DNA of 64,000 nucleotides. Origin: Geosiphon pyriformis uo1. Its lineage: Eukaryota > Fungi > Glomeromycota. The position numbers and the translations under genes were made by a program. This document shows positions 39,355 to 51,800 of the stretch, in pieces (position 1 is the stretch's first letter; each line of letters starts with the position of its first letter). The notes beneath the pieces are model-generated. The model searched no databases. It worked only from the letters and a program-made list of their open reading frames with translations, and was not told where the DNA came from. The stretch covers positions 313,924 through 377,923 of the forward strand of contig JAAOMT010000222.1 in assembly GCA_016748015.1 (NCBI GenBank), read 5' to 3'.

Positions 39355-41874
39355 TTATCACATGTATTAGCCACTGATGTCATATAATTAGCCATTCTAT
39401 TTTTAGATAGTGATTATTGACCTGATCAATTACCTAACTGTTAATCTGGTCATTGACCACTTTCATTAGCTATATAAGCAATGAGTCTCTTAGCAGTAGA
39501 AAATCATCTCTCAAACAAGAATCAAATAAATAAAAATAACAACTTTCATTTCAATCACTTTCTTATTGTTAATTTTCCTTTCCCTATCTTTAAGTATCCG
39601 AACATTTTAGGATAAAAGATTACTTGTTGGCCTTTTCCTGACATATATAATTGTAGCATTTAAAGATTATTTGAATAAATGTGACTAAAAAGCACAAGTT
39701 GATACCTGATATTGAATTCTAAGAGCGCCAACATGAGGCATAGAATTATACTAGTGGTGATCAATTGTTGACAGTATGGACTATCCCTTTACCTTCAAAT
39801 TCCCCAGTTACTTTTGAAAAGAATAGCAACTGAGATATTTTATGAGACTGATCTCGCACATTGAATCCATACTCATTCAATTCACTCATTAAAGTTGAAT
39901 CCTCTTTGATTATTTCCATCACCCTACAATCTTGTTTTTCCTTGCTATCTGTTAGCTTATTACTCCAACCCATAACAATATGACATCAGTGGCTAATACA
40001 TGTGATAATTAATAAGAAGTATAAGTTTTAATCATAACAATAGAACTGTAAATCATAATATAACCAATTATGAACCTTTTTATCTGCTCTATGAATACAT
40101 AATAACACTATTAATAGAAACTGATATTGAAACAATATTCTTTAAAGAAATTACAATAAAAAATTATAAAAAACATTTTGTAAAGAAAACTTGATATCAT
40201 TTTTGACTTCTTGGTAAAAAAAAGCTTAAGAAGAAAAAAACCTATAAAACACTTTTTTTAAGTGTTAGTAACTTAGTTTTAGAATACTGTTCAGACAGAG
40301 ACAATGTCTATAGTAATAAATTTTCTAGTCAGTGAAAAGGACCCTTTATAGTCAACAAAGATTTGAACAATAATTTTTATATCTTACAAGATCAATATAA
40401 AACAATTTTTAATGATTACTCTGTTTATAGTACACAATTCAAAAAATATTACAAATGACCTAATTGGTTGCCTGTTATAATAATACCAACCCAAATGATT
40501 AGCAAAAATCAAGTATAAATAAATGCATCATTTTTAAAACAGAAGTATTTTCAATCAACATGAATAATTATTTTCTAAATCAAATCATTCAAAACACTTT
40601 CTTTATTTTCCATGAATATTGGATCAAAACTATCTAAATGCTATTTTGACTATTAAAAAACAGACCACAATAACTGATAACAATAAAACACATACTATTA
40701 TTAGACTAAAGAAAACAACTACCAAAAAAGAAAAAATTGGTAGCAAAATAGATAAATATCTGTTGGAAAGTATAATAGCAGCTATACTCCCACCTTCCAA
40801 CACAATTGAAAAAACAATTCAAGAAATCTTACCCATAGACAAAAACTTGTCATATGGAAGGCAATTAAAACTCTATGGTTGTCTTAATAAAATTATAGAA
40901 GATATAAAACTCATGAAGAAAACAATTTTAGAGATACAGACAAAAATTTTGAGCATTATATAATTAGATATCCTAAGAGTTTTGAGTATTGCTAAAAGAG
41001 CCAAAACTCTTATACAAAGATTTGGTCTCTTGGATACAAAACTCATTTTGCTTCAAGTATTATATATCTTATTTATCAAAGATTTCAATAAACTAGTTAG
41101 CTTTAAGTTAGACAAAACTCTTTAAATAGATTATTTCATGAATAGCTTAATTTTGTCAGAGCTCAATTTTTTTGGAGAAAATGATGTTATAATTGAAATT
41201 CATACTTTTTATTAGTTATCACATGTATTAGTCATTAATATTATATAATTAGCCATTTTATTTTTAGATAAGTGATTATTAACTTGATTAATAACTTGAC
41301 TGTTAATCTGATTATTAACCTAATTATTGACCTAATTATTGACCTAATTATTGACTTAGTTGTTGACTTGATCATTGACCACTTTTAATAGCTATATAAG
41401 CAATAAATTTCTTAGCTGTAGAAAGTATATTAAAATAATAAAGAATAAATAAAATAATAACTTCTATTTCAAATCTTCTCTTTTTACTAATTTTTTTTTC
41501 TTTATCTTCAAGTATCTGAATATTTTGGGATAAAAAATTACTTGTTGGCTTTTACTTACCCTTTTCTTAATATGTATAATTGTAGTATTTGAAGATTACT
41601 GAATAAAATGTGACTGAAAAACACATCTAATACCTAATATTGAATTTTAAGAGCACTGACATGAGACATAAAATTATACCAGATGTGATTATTTGTTGAC
41701 AGTTATCAATTAAAAAGTATAGTAACTAAGATATTTTATGAAACTGATTTTGCATATTGAATCTTTACTTATTTAATTCACTTCTTGAAGTTGAAATTCT
41801 CTTTGATTATTTTTATTATCTTATAATTCTGTTCTCTCTTGCTATCCATTAGCTTATTACTCCAACTTATAACA

Positions 41875-42336
41875 ATATATTTAATAGTCTAACAGCTTTG
41901 TCAACAAATAAGTTCTTAATAACTAAGGCCAAATTGACCAATTTAATTTCATTTATTATATTAGAGAAAGTGTTTTCATCTACATAGCTTAAAAAAGCAT
42001 ATTAATAAGACCATAAATCAGATACAACTGTAGATATTTTTTACTTTTTCATCTAATTTACCATAATTTTGTTAACTTTAAGTTTTATATTAGTTGGTTT
42101 TAGAATCAAATTTTTACCAATTACCAAATAGTTAAGAACTATTTTGTAAAAAAGATGATTCAGAATACTTTTAATTATACTTTTCTTTTCAGAGACAAAA
42201 TTATTCATATATTTCTTAATTGTTTTGTTGATTAATGCACTTCTAGCCAATTCAGATTTTCTATACTTTAACTTGTAATAACTTTTTTTGATTATTAACA
42301 ACTGTTTAAAAATATTTACAGAACTGGTATACTCAT
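41875..42336 (-). mobile_element. LINE L1, upstream fragment (pre-RT region)
   Basis: Continues 18954 across the B2 TSD. KKSIIKSILNHLFYKIVLNYLVI matches L3 KNHTIRSVLECFFCKMKLDHLVI. Confidence 0.85.
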
Positions 42337-44010
42337 TGTTATTTATAAAAGAGAGTACAAGAAAAATAATAGGAAAAGCAAATAGAAAAAATAGACCAAT
42401 AAGAAAATAGTATTGAGCATATAAGCACATTATTAGTGAATTATAGCACATTGTTTCGCAATATAAACAATGTTAGTAAATTAAAACACCTTGCTCAACA
42501 ATATAAGTAATGTTAATAGATTAAGACATATTACTTAGCAATATAAGTATTGCTCAAAGAATTATGGCACATTGCTTACAAATGTGTGTGATCTCATAGA
42601 ACATCAATTATATATATATAGTAAGAGTATTAAAGACAAAAAAGACAAAAATCCACCAAAAAAACTCATAGTTAAAAAATTAACAGTTAGAATTTCCAGT
42701 TATAAATCTCCAATTAGAAAAAGTTCAGAACCCAAATCACATATCAATAAATTATCAATTACTACTTGAATCTATGTTATCATTATTTAATTAAAAAATA
42801 TTAATCATTTTCATTCTATCAACATTCTATGTTGATAGAATTCAAAACTTAACACTATTAAAACAATAACTCTTAATTATGTTATTGATAGAATACTATT
42901 TTTTTTTTCTTTTATTTTTGTTGTTTTGTTAATTTATTAACTAATTAAAGGATTAATATGCAAAGTACTAATGTCAAAAAAAAAACTGATAAAAGATTTA
43001 GGAATAAGAATAGATACTTGGAATTGAAGATAGCTTACCAGAAAACTGGCCATCAAGCTGAGAAAAAAATTGACAAAATAAATATTCTAAGAAGCTACAG
43101 ACAACAATACATACCGATTCAAGAGTTGAAAAAAAAACTAGGAACATTACAACAGGATATTAGCATTAAATTTCTGTCTATTATACAAAAAACTTAACCA
43201 AAACCTTCAGACACCAAAACTTTTAGATACTACCAATACTACTCAGCTATTAAGCACCAAGTTACAAGTTTGTTATTTGTTTTCATATCCCAAATAATTA
43301 TTTGTAACATTTGGTGCTTCTTGTGAGATATAATTTAATAAAGAATTAATATTAGCAATAACTATTTGAAAAAGTGGCAAACCAAAAAAGTATAAAAAAA
43401 AATTACTTAAGATTTGCAAAATTCTTATTTCAGCAATATTAAAGTCATCTTAAATTAATAAATAACAATTGATTAGCAGAATTAGCTTTCAATTTCTATG
43501 TAAACAAAAAAATTAAATCATATTTGGAAGCTCAAAAAAATCTAAAAGCCACTCTCAACAGTTTCAACAGTAAATTATTCCAAAACATCACATGTCTATC
43601 AAACTATTTGTTTACATCAATAATTACAAAAATAAATAAAGCAATTAAAAATTATGCCTAGCAGAGATTCCCAATTTTTTTACAGACAAAAAAAAATTAC
43701 AAACACCAACAGAAACACCAAAAAAAATACAATTACTTACTTGAAAGAAATCAAAAGTAGTTTTATACATTTACTTATCATATTATCATATACCAGAAAA
43801 TACCATCAACATAACATTAGCAGATACATCCACATTAATCATGAAAACACTATTAGCAAGAATCAAATTCCAAAGCCAACAAAAAAAAGCCAATTTATTA
43901 AAAACTTATGACAATTTTTTTGAAGGATTTAAATTGTGATCACCTATATCATTAAAATTTTGATTACTGTCACTTCAATTCGATTTTAGAGCCACTAGTT
44001 CTTGGAAAAA
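42337..44010 (+). mobile_element. Family A variant copy A3: 5' LTR (42337-43309), PBS (43312), 5' gag fragment, truncated
   Basis: TGTTA start, U5 blocks shared with A1, TGTAACA-TT-TGGTGCTTCTTGTGAG. Gag 5' region colinear with 113-750. U3 repeats differ from A1. Confidence 0.85.
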
Positions 44011-45324
44011 AACTGACATAAAAATTGTTTATTATAATAAGATTTGGTTAATTAAATCAAGATTTAAAATATTTAAAAAGTATAATTTGTTTTTATATAA
44101 TAAATTTATGTCTTTAATTATTAATAATTTTTATTTTAAACAAGATAATAAAATTACTTAATATTATTAAAACTTTTGAGATTATTTGTAACTTGTATAT
44201 TTTTTTTAGTGTAAATTATAGTATTTAATTAAGATAAAAGTATAATATTGTTTTAATTAATCTAAATAGTTAAATACATATAAAAAAAACATTATTATAA
44301 GATAGTTTTTTTGGTATATTAAATATTAATATTTTATTTTAATTATAATTAGTCTTTTATAAATTCTTTAATTTTAATTGTATAATAATATTAATATTAT
44401 ATTAAAGATTTTCTCTTTAATATCACAATATAAATTATTTTTTAATTTTTAATTGTTATATGTATTTATGTATTTCTTTCTAAAAACTAAATTAAAATTT
44501 ACTTACTGTTTTAAAATTTTTTTTAAGACTATTTTTGTAATTGTCTAATGTGTTTTCCTAATTTAAAAACACAAAATATTAATAGTTTTTAGCATTTTTT
44601 TTAATTTTTACAATAAAGCTTTTATCAATTAGTAATAATATAAATAATTTTAATTAAAAATTATTTTTTTAAAAAATTTAACTAATAAATAATAGTTTTA
44701 TTCAATAAATAATACAAATAAGTTTTTTGACATTTTTAATTATAATAATTTAATTTTTAATATTATTTTTGATTTTTTTTAATTTAAAAATTTCTTTAAA
44801 AATTTATTAAAAATAAAAGTTAAAAGATAATTAAAGTAGAAAATTAAAATTTGGCAAAATTAAATTATTAGATAAATTATTATTTTTCTTAATATTAAAG
44901 TTATTATATATATATATGTTTATTTATTATTATTATTTAACAAGTGAGATTCAAATACTATTTAGTATAATATATCATATAAATAATCTAAATTAAATAT
45001 GAATTATGCCTTTTCTATATGTGACCAGCCACTCAAGCTAACAAAGACAACATTAAACATCTATATAAACTGAAACCAGATCTTCAATACCAAAAAAAAA
45101 CAAACAAGACTTATATAAACCAAAACTAACATTAATTGTATTGATAATGCTAAGCAATTGGATCATACCAGCAAACAATTCCAGATACTAGAGCTAGAGC
45201 TGAATTATCAGTTGGTATTAGCTTATTTTTTTTTATAAATACACAATGTTTAACATAAACAGACCAAATCTTATGTCTAAAAACAAAACAGAAATCCTGC
45301 ATAAAGTTTACAATCTTTAGATGC

Positions 45325-47446
45325 TATTATTCAGAAAAATTAAGAGTATTAAATAGTTAAAAAAATAGCCAATTAGAAATAGGAATAATAATAGAGAAAT
45401 TTCAGAATTCTCCTAAAAGAATTGTAAGATTTCAGAATTTCAGAATTCTTAATAAAAAATTGCAAAATTCCAAAATTTTAGAATTACAGAATTTTTCTAA
45501 AAGAATCACAAAAATTCCAGAAATCTTGTATAATACCAACTATATATATATAGCAGTAGTATTATAAGCAAAAAAAGTATTCAGAATCTAGTTTTTATTA
45601 AACATTCCTTTTTTACTTATTAATTACTATCAACCAAAGTGAATTTATTAACAAAATATCAAATAAAACATACTTATTATTATCTAATCTATGTTATTAT
45701 CATTTGATTGAGAATCTTTATTACTTTCTAGTTTTTAATACTTTATATTGATAACATTCAATACTTAATTACACTAAAACAATAACTCTTGATCATGGCT
45801 ATTGACAAGATACTAATTTCTTTTTTTATTTTATTTTATTTTATTTTATTTTTATTTTATTTTTTTTTATTTTGTTTGTTTGTTTACTAATTAATTAAAT
45901 AAATTAATGTACAGAGTACTAATGTCAAAATATAGCACTAATAAAAGACCCAGAAATAAGGATAGACACTTGTAATTAAAAATAGCTTACTAAGAAATAC
46001 TAACTATCAAGTTGAAAAAAAAATTGACAGAATAATTATTCTAGGAGGCTACAGACAACAAAGCATACCAACTTGAGAGTTGGGAAAGAAAACCAAAAAC
46101 ATAACAAAAAAATATTACTATTGAATATCTGTCTATTATACAAAAAACTCAACCCAAAACTTTTAGATACTGAAACCTTCAGAAATTACCAGTATTATTC
46201 AGCTATTGAACATCAAGTTACAGGTTTGTTATTTATTTTAACCACCCAAATAATCACCTGTAATACCGACTATAAATAAAATTTTGAGATAGACCAAAAA
46301 TATTATTACACTCAACAATAAATACTGTAACAATTAATCAATTAAGAAAATTAACCAACACCTAATTTGAAAAATTACAAACCAAAATTACAAAAGCAAT
46401 TCTGGAGAAAAAAGTTATGAAGCTAATTCAAGAAAAAAATCTAAAAAGTTTAGAAAATTTTGACAAAGCTTAATATTAAAAAGAAGAAAATAATATTATT
46501 CAGAGAAATTAAGAGTATTAAATAGTTAAAAAATAGCCAATTAAAAGTAGGCATAATAATAAAAAAATTCTGGAATTTTTTTAAAGGAATTACAGAATTC
46601 CAAAATCCCAGAATTTCAGAATTTTTAATAAAAAATTGCAGGATTTCAGAATTTCAGAATTTCAGGATTCCTTTAAAAAAATTACAAAGATTCCAGGAAT
46701 CTCATATAATACCAACTATGTATATATAGCAGTAGTATTAGAAGCAAAAAAAGTATTCAGAATCCAATTTCTATTGAACATAATCTTCTTACTTATTAAT
46801 TAACTCTTACTTTATGAATAGTTACTATTAACTAAAGTAAATTTATTAACAAAATATCAAATAAAATATACTTATTATCATTTAATTTATGTTATTATCA
46901 TTTGATTAAAAATCTTTATTACTTTCTAATTATCAACACTTTATGTTAATAACATTCAATACTTAATTATGCTGGAACAATAGCTCTTAATCACAGCTAT
47001 TGATAAGATACTAATTTTTTCTTTTTTTTTATTTTTTTTTATTTTCTTTTGTTTGTTTGTTTGTTTACTAATTAATTAAATGAATTAATGAATAGAATAT
47101 TAACATTAAGATATAGCACTGATAAAAAACTTAAAAATAAGGATAGATACTCATAATTAAGGATAGCTTACCAGAAAATACCAGTCATCAAACTGAAAAA
47201 AAAATTGATGGAATAATTATTTTGAAAGACTACAGGCAACAAAGCATACCAACTCAAGAGTTAGAAAAGAAAACCAGAAACATAACAAAAAAATATTATT
47301 ATTAAGTCTTTGTCTATTATACAAAGAACTCAATCTAAAACCTTCAAATACCAAAATCTTTAAAAATTACCAGTATCATTTAGCTATTAAGTACCAAGTT
47401 ATGGGTTTGTTATTTATTTCAACCACCCAAATAATCATCTATAACA
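45325..47446 (+). mobile_element. Family A deletion derivative: LTR (45325-46265) - ORF3 tail + PPT - LTR (46493-47446)
   Basis: Two near-identical LTRs separated by ~227 bp encoding the ORF3 C-terminus, with no PBS. Flanks ATGC/ATAT restore LINE length if treated as a 4-bp TSD. Confidence 0.85.
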
Positions 47447-47981
47447 ATATGCAACTGTAGAGCTCCCAAAAACAGAAATAGCCTAATGAAACCAATTATT
47501 AAAAACAAAGTCCTTGCACAAAACTGTACAAACCACAGCATTTAAAACACAAGAAGACATTAACTGAAACACACAAAATGATGAATGAGAATAACCAAAA
47601 AACACTTTCCAAGCAGATGCATGTATGTTTAACAATTGATGGTAAACAGAATTGTTAACAGCACAAAAAAAAACATGATCTGAAATCTTAATACCACTAC
47701 AGTACAAACATAATACACTAAAGTAACACTTATTATATAGACATTTATGGATAACAATAAACAGCTTATAGTACAAAGTTTTCATAAAGTATGTGTGAAT
47801 GCTGGCAGTATGCCTACTAATAAAACCAGCACTTATATATAAATCAGGATGCTACACTAAAGATAAACTAAGCCAATTAATATTTAAGAACAAACTATCA
47901 GCCAAAGCTTTAGAGCTGAAAATAACTTTCCAATGTGCATAGTAGATAGACTTAAAAATTCCATGAACAAATGTTTAACAT

Positions 47982-48851
47982 TATTACTCATAGAAATATA
48001 AGAAATATATTAGCATAATTATTAGCCAATCAGAAGTAAGCATAGTAAATGTGGAATTCCAGGATTTCTCTTAGGAATTGCAGGATTCCAGGAATTTCAG
48101 GATTCTCAACGAGGAATTGCAGGATTCCTCTCAAAGGAATCGCAGGATTCCAGGAATTTCAGGATTCCTGTCATGAAGAATCGAGGAATTGAGAAATCTC
48201 AATTATGTATATATAGCAGTAGTGTTAGAAACAGAAAAGACAGAATCGATACCACAGAATTCTTAGCTTAAAAACGCAATCATCAAATAAATAATTATTT
48301 TATATCTCCATCTACTTCCCCCACTATCAACTCTTTATGTTGATAGTAATTGATACTTAACCACACTGGAACAATAGCTTTTGATCATGGCTATTGACGG
48401 AATACTAATCTGCAAATTGCCTTGGCTTATTTCTTTGCTTTCTTTATTTCCTTTTATTTCTTTTTTCTTTATTTTATTTTGATTTGTTGTTATATACTAA
48501 TTGATAAACGATTAAGTGCTGAGTTATTGACATCAAGGATAGTCTGGTAAAAGACCCAGAAATATGGGTAGGATTTTTATATATTATTGGATAACTTACT
48601 AGAAGGGCACAACTGCCAGACTAAATCCAGCCACTATGCTGAGAAAGAAATTGGGAAAACTCTTGGAAAATATCTCTACTATCAACACTATTAAATCTCT
48701 GTCTATTATACAAAGAACTCAACCAAAACCTTCAGATCCATCAAAACCTTCAGATACAGCACCTGCAGAACAGCCTCAACAGAAGTAGCTTTTGAGCACC
48801 AAGTTATGGGTTTGTTATTTAATTCAACAGCAGAAATAATCACCTGTAACA
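47982..48851 (+). repeat. Family A solo LTR inserted in LINE L2
   Basis: T(A)TTACTCATAG...CCTGTAACA flanked by ACAT/ACAT. Removing LTR plus 4 bp makes L2 colinear with L3 near 55280. Confidence 0.92.
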
Positions 48852-51800
48852 ACATTACCATAAACAATACTACCTTCAGCTACAATATAACATTTTTCCA
48901 ACTGAAAAGAAAAGTACCAAAAAAAAAAGAAGTATTACTAACAAGTGCATTAGTGCATATGTTATCCAAGATGCCTAAGTGATCCTTCACTTTGTGCCAG
49001 TTAACATTTAAATTTTTTCCACAAATAACATTTACAATGTGCCAACATTCAATCCAACATTGATTTTGAAAATTTGGATATACCAAACCCAATTTCAATT
49101 TGTATACATTCAAAGCAGCTTGACTGTTTGTAAATAGGTAAACTGAACTAAAAGAGAAAACACATTTGCAAACTAATATAATAGTCTACAGCTCCATTAA
49201 GATAAAAGACATCAAGCCAGAAACTTTAAAACTCACACCAAAGTTTATGTTTTCAAAAAAAACCACTGTTCTAGTTTTTATACTAACTTTTCTTAAGTTC
49301 TTCAAAGACCCATCTGTATAGACTAAAAGACTATCAGCACTTACATTCAATAAATAACTATAAGCCAATTCAAACTCACAAGAATTATGAACACTTGAAG
49401 AACTGAAAACACTTAAAGAAAAAAAACTTGCAGAAGAAAAACTTGTACTATTGAGAAAGTTAATAGAAAGCCCAAACCAGTCAGAAACAAATCATGTGAA
49501 TTTAATTTTTTCCAATACTTGAAAGTTTTCTAATTAAAATTAGCACTATTTTTACTGCAAAGTTGTTTTATAAAAGCAATTCTATAATGCTGAAATGATA
49601 GAAGGAACTTAAAAAATTTAGATTCATTAAGAATGATCAACATGAGAGTTCCACCACAAAAACAAAAAAATTGTCTATATACTGTTTAGAGATAAATTGT
49701 ATTTGAGAAAAATACAAACCACATCTGCCAAAAAATTATTAGAAAAACTGATTTCTATACATGCTGGAAAAACCAAAGAATAAAATGCACACCAAGACCA
49801 AACTTGCAAATTATAAGATCTGTGTGAAAACAAATGATCTAGAATTCTGACAAAGTTTGCAAAATTCACAATAGAAGCCAATTTGCCTTTAGTCTGAACT
49901 TGCTTAAAAGTCTTTAAATCATACAAAGATGGATAATAAAGTATATTATTGAGAAAATTGAATAGTAAACCAAACTTTAACTTCAAGTCTTTACAAATTA
50001 AAGCATCTTATTTATTATACACACCAATTAGAATAAAGCTAAATTGTGTTTTATAGCTAATAATAAGATAGAAAACTGCTACAACTAAATATGAAAACTG
50101 CTTATCTTAAATGGTCTTTTTTAGAACAAAATTGGCAAAAAACCAGACATTTAAACTTGTCTTAACCAAGCTAGACTTTGACAAACTCTTAGTAGACAAA
50201 AAAATATCCAGATAATAATGAGATTATCTTTTCTTAACAATGAAAATAGACAAATCATTAATCAATAAAAAGAGACATTCAACTCTGTTATTGATAGAAA
50301 TGGCTACTGTTTTTATATTATTTATTATAATGTCATTGATCTGAAAAAATTTACTAACAATATTAAAAATGTGTTGGATGGTAGTTTGACTATTACCAAT
50401 CCAGATTATATTGTTGATAAAAACACCAGCAGCAAAAAAAAATGTCAATCTAGCCTGAGATTCAGAATGGCCAGTCTTGGCAACAAGATAAAAATTTAAC
50501 TTATATCTATACATATTTTTCTGTCTCTTGACTTTACACAGAAGAGGATCATAAAATATGTGTCAAAGAAGAGATAAAAACACTTCTCTTTAATTCAAAT
50601 TATTATGTACTTGATATCTATTTGTCAATTCGAAATCAGTTATTATTCTGTTAACACAATTTTTGTAAATACTGCCAAAAAATCTAATAAATTTGTTACA
50701 TATTTTTATCTAGACAAAACTTTTTTTAAGATGCTTTTATCTGACAGAATTGCAAGCTTTCTGTATGTTCTACAAAACCAGTCAGAGTTTATGGTTCTTC
50801 TTTAAAGCATTTTCAATCATTAAACCAATGGTAAAAATAGGAGATTGGATTGTTGTATTCTTTAAAACTAAAAAATTGTCTTTACAAAAAACATTAAAAG
50901 TGCTGCATATCAGAGAGATTCTGTCAGAAAGAATTTTAAAGAGTATTTTATGAACAGTTTTAATCAAAGCAATAGGCCTAATATTTGTAAGAATGTTTTC
51001 CCACTCATACAACTTGAGAATTATTGAAATCTAAGCTTCTCTTCAAACATTGGGTACTGATTTACAAGACAAGCAAGAATTCAAAAGCACTAAAAGCATA
51101 TCCAAAACTGATCTGTTATAGTGTTTTCATAGCTTATTTAAGATACTAGAAAGACCCACAGCTTTGCCATCAGACAGATTAAAAATCACATTAAGCAAAT
51201 CATCATAATTAATTAGACACATTATACTTGAGAAAGCATTATCAAAAACATATTCTAATAGTTAATACTAATGAAGCCAATTACTAGAAAAATTTTCAAC
51301 CAATTTATGTTTTCTTGTTCAGTCCTCCATAATTATATTTACTTTGGTCTTAACTAGATTAGACTCCAAAACAAATTCATCATCAATAACCAGATAGTCT
51401 AATACTATATAAAAGAGGCATTCCAATATATTTTTAATAATACAACTCTTATTTATTTCAAAATTTTCTATCCTTTTATCAATTGCCAATTTAATTTTAG
51501 ATTTTTAGCACACACTGATTCTAATATTTTAGATGAATAATAAGACTTCTTAAATCCAGTTAAAACTGATTTAATGTTATCAAAATAAGCCCCTAAAAGA
51601 AAAAAAATTTTACTGCAGAAGCATTAATATTATTGAGACCAACTCATATATTTAATAATAATGCAAACTCATCATAAAAGGCTAAATAGAAGGCCCTAAC
51701 AATTTTAAACACCAAAAGTTCTAGCCTGTAAAATTTGGATGATTTTTTAGTAAAAACATTATCATAGCCCTTAAACCACTTTTTTTTGAAAACCCCATCA

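Larger units (their letters stand above)
32578..39977 (+). mobile_element. Ty3/gypsy family B copy B4, innermost and best preserved (5' LTR mostly in N gap; 3' LTR 39324-39977)
   Basis: TSD ATAT (32574-32577 / 39978-39981). LTR start TGTTATGGTTGAAACCC is identical at 32578 and 39324. PBS remnant CCTGTGAGG at 33002. Confidence 0.95.
24891..40039 (-). mobile_element. Ty3/gypsy family B copy B3 (3' LTR 24891-25614; 5' LTR 31947-32577 + 39982-40039)
   Basis: TSD ATAG (24887-24890 / 40040-40043), PBS 31924-31940, minus-strand gag/PR/RT/IN/ORF3 fragments in the ORF track. Confidence 0.95.
18955..41874 (+). mobile_element. Ty3/gypsy family B copy B2 (LTRs 18955-19724 and 41185-41874), interrupted in integrase by B3
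   Basis: Paired LTRs TGTTA...TAACA, TSD ATAT (18951-18954 / 41875-41878), PBS 19731-19747, gag-PR-RT-RH-IN to 24890, resuming at 40040 with IN end, ORF3 and PPT. Confidence 0.95.

Noticed and set aside
39761-39973. Antisense 70-aa ORF in the family B LTR
   Set aside because: Frame is broken by stops or indels in the other LTR copies, and no motif is recognisable.
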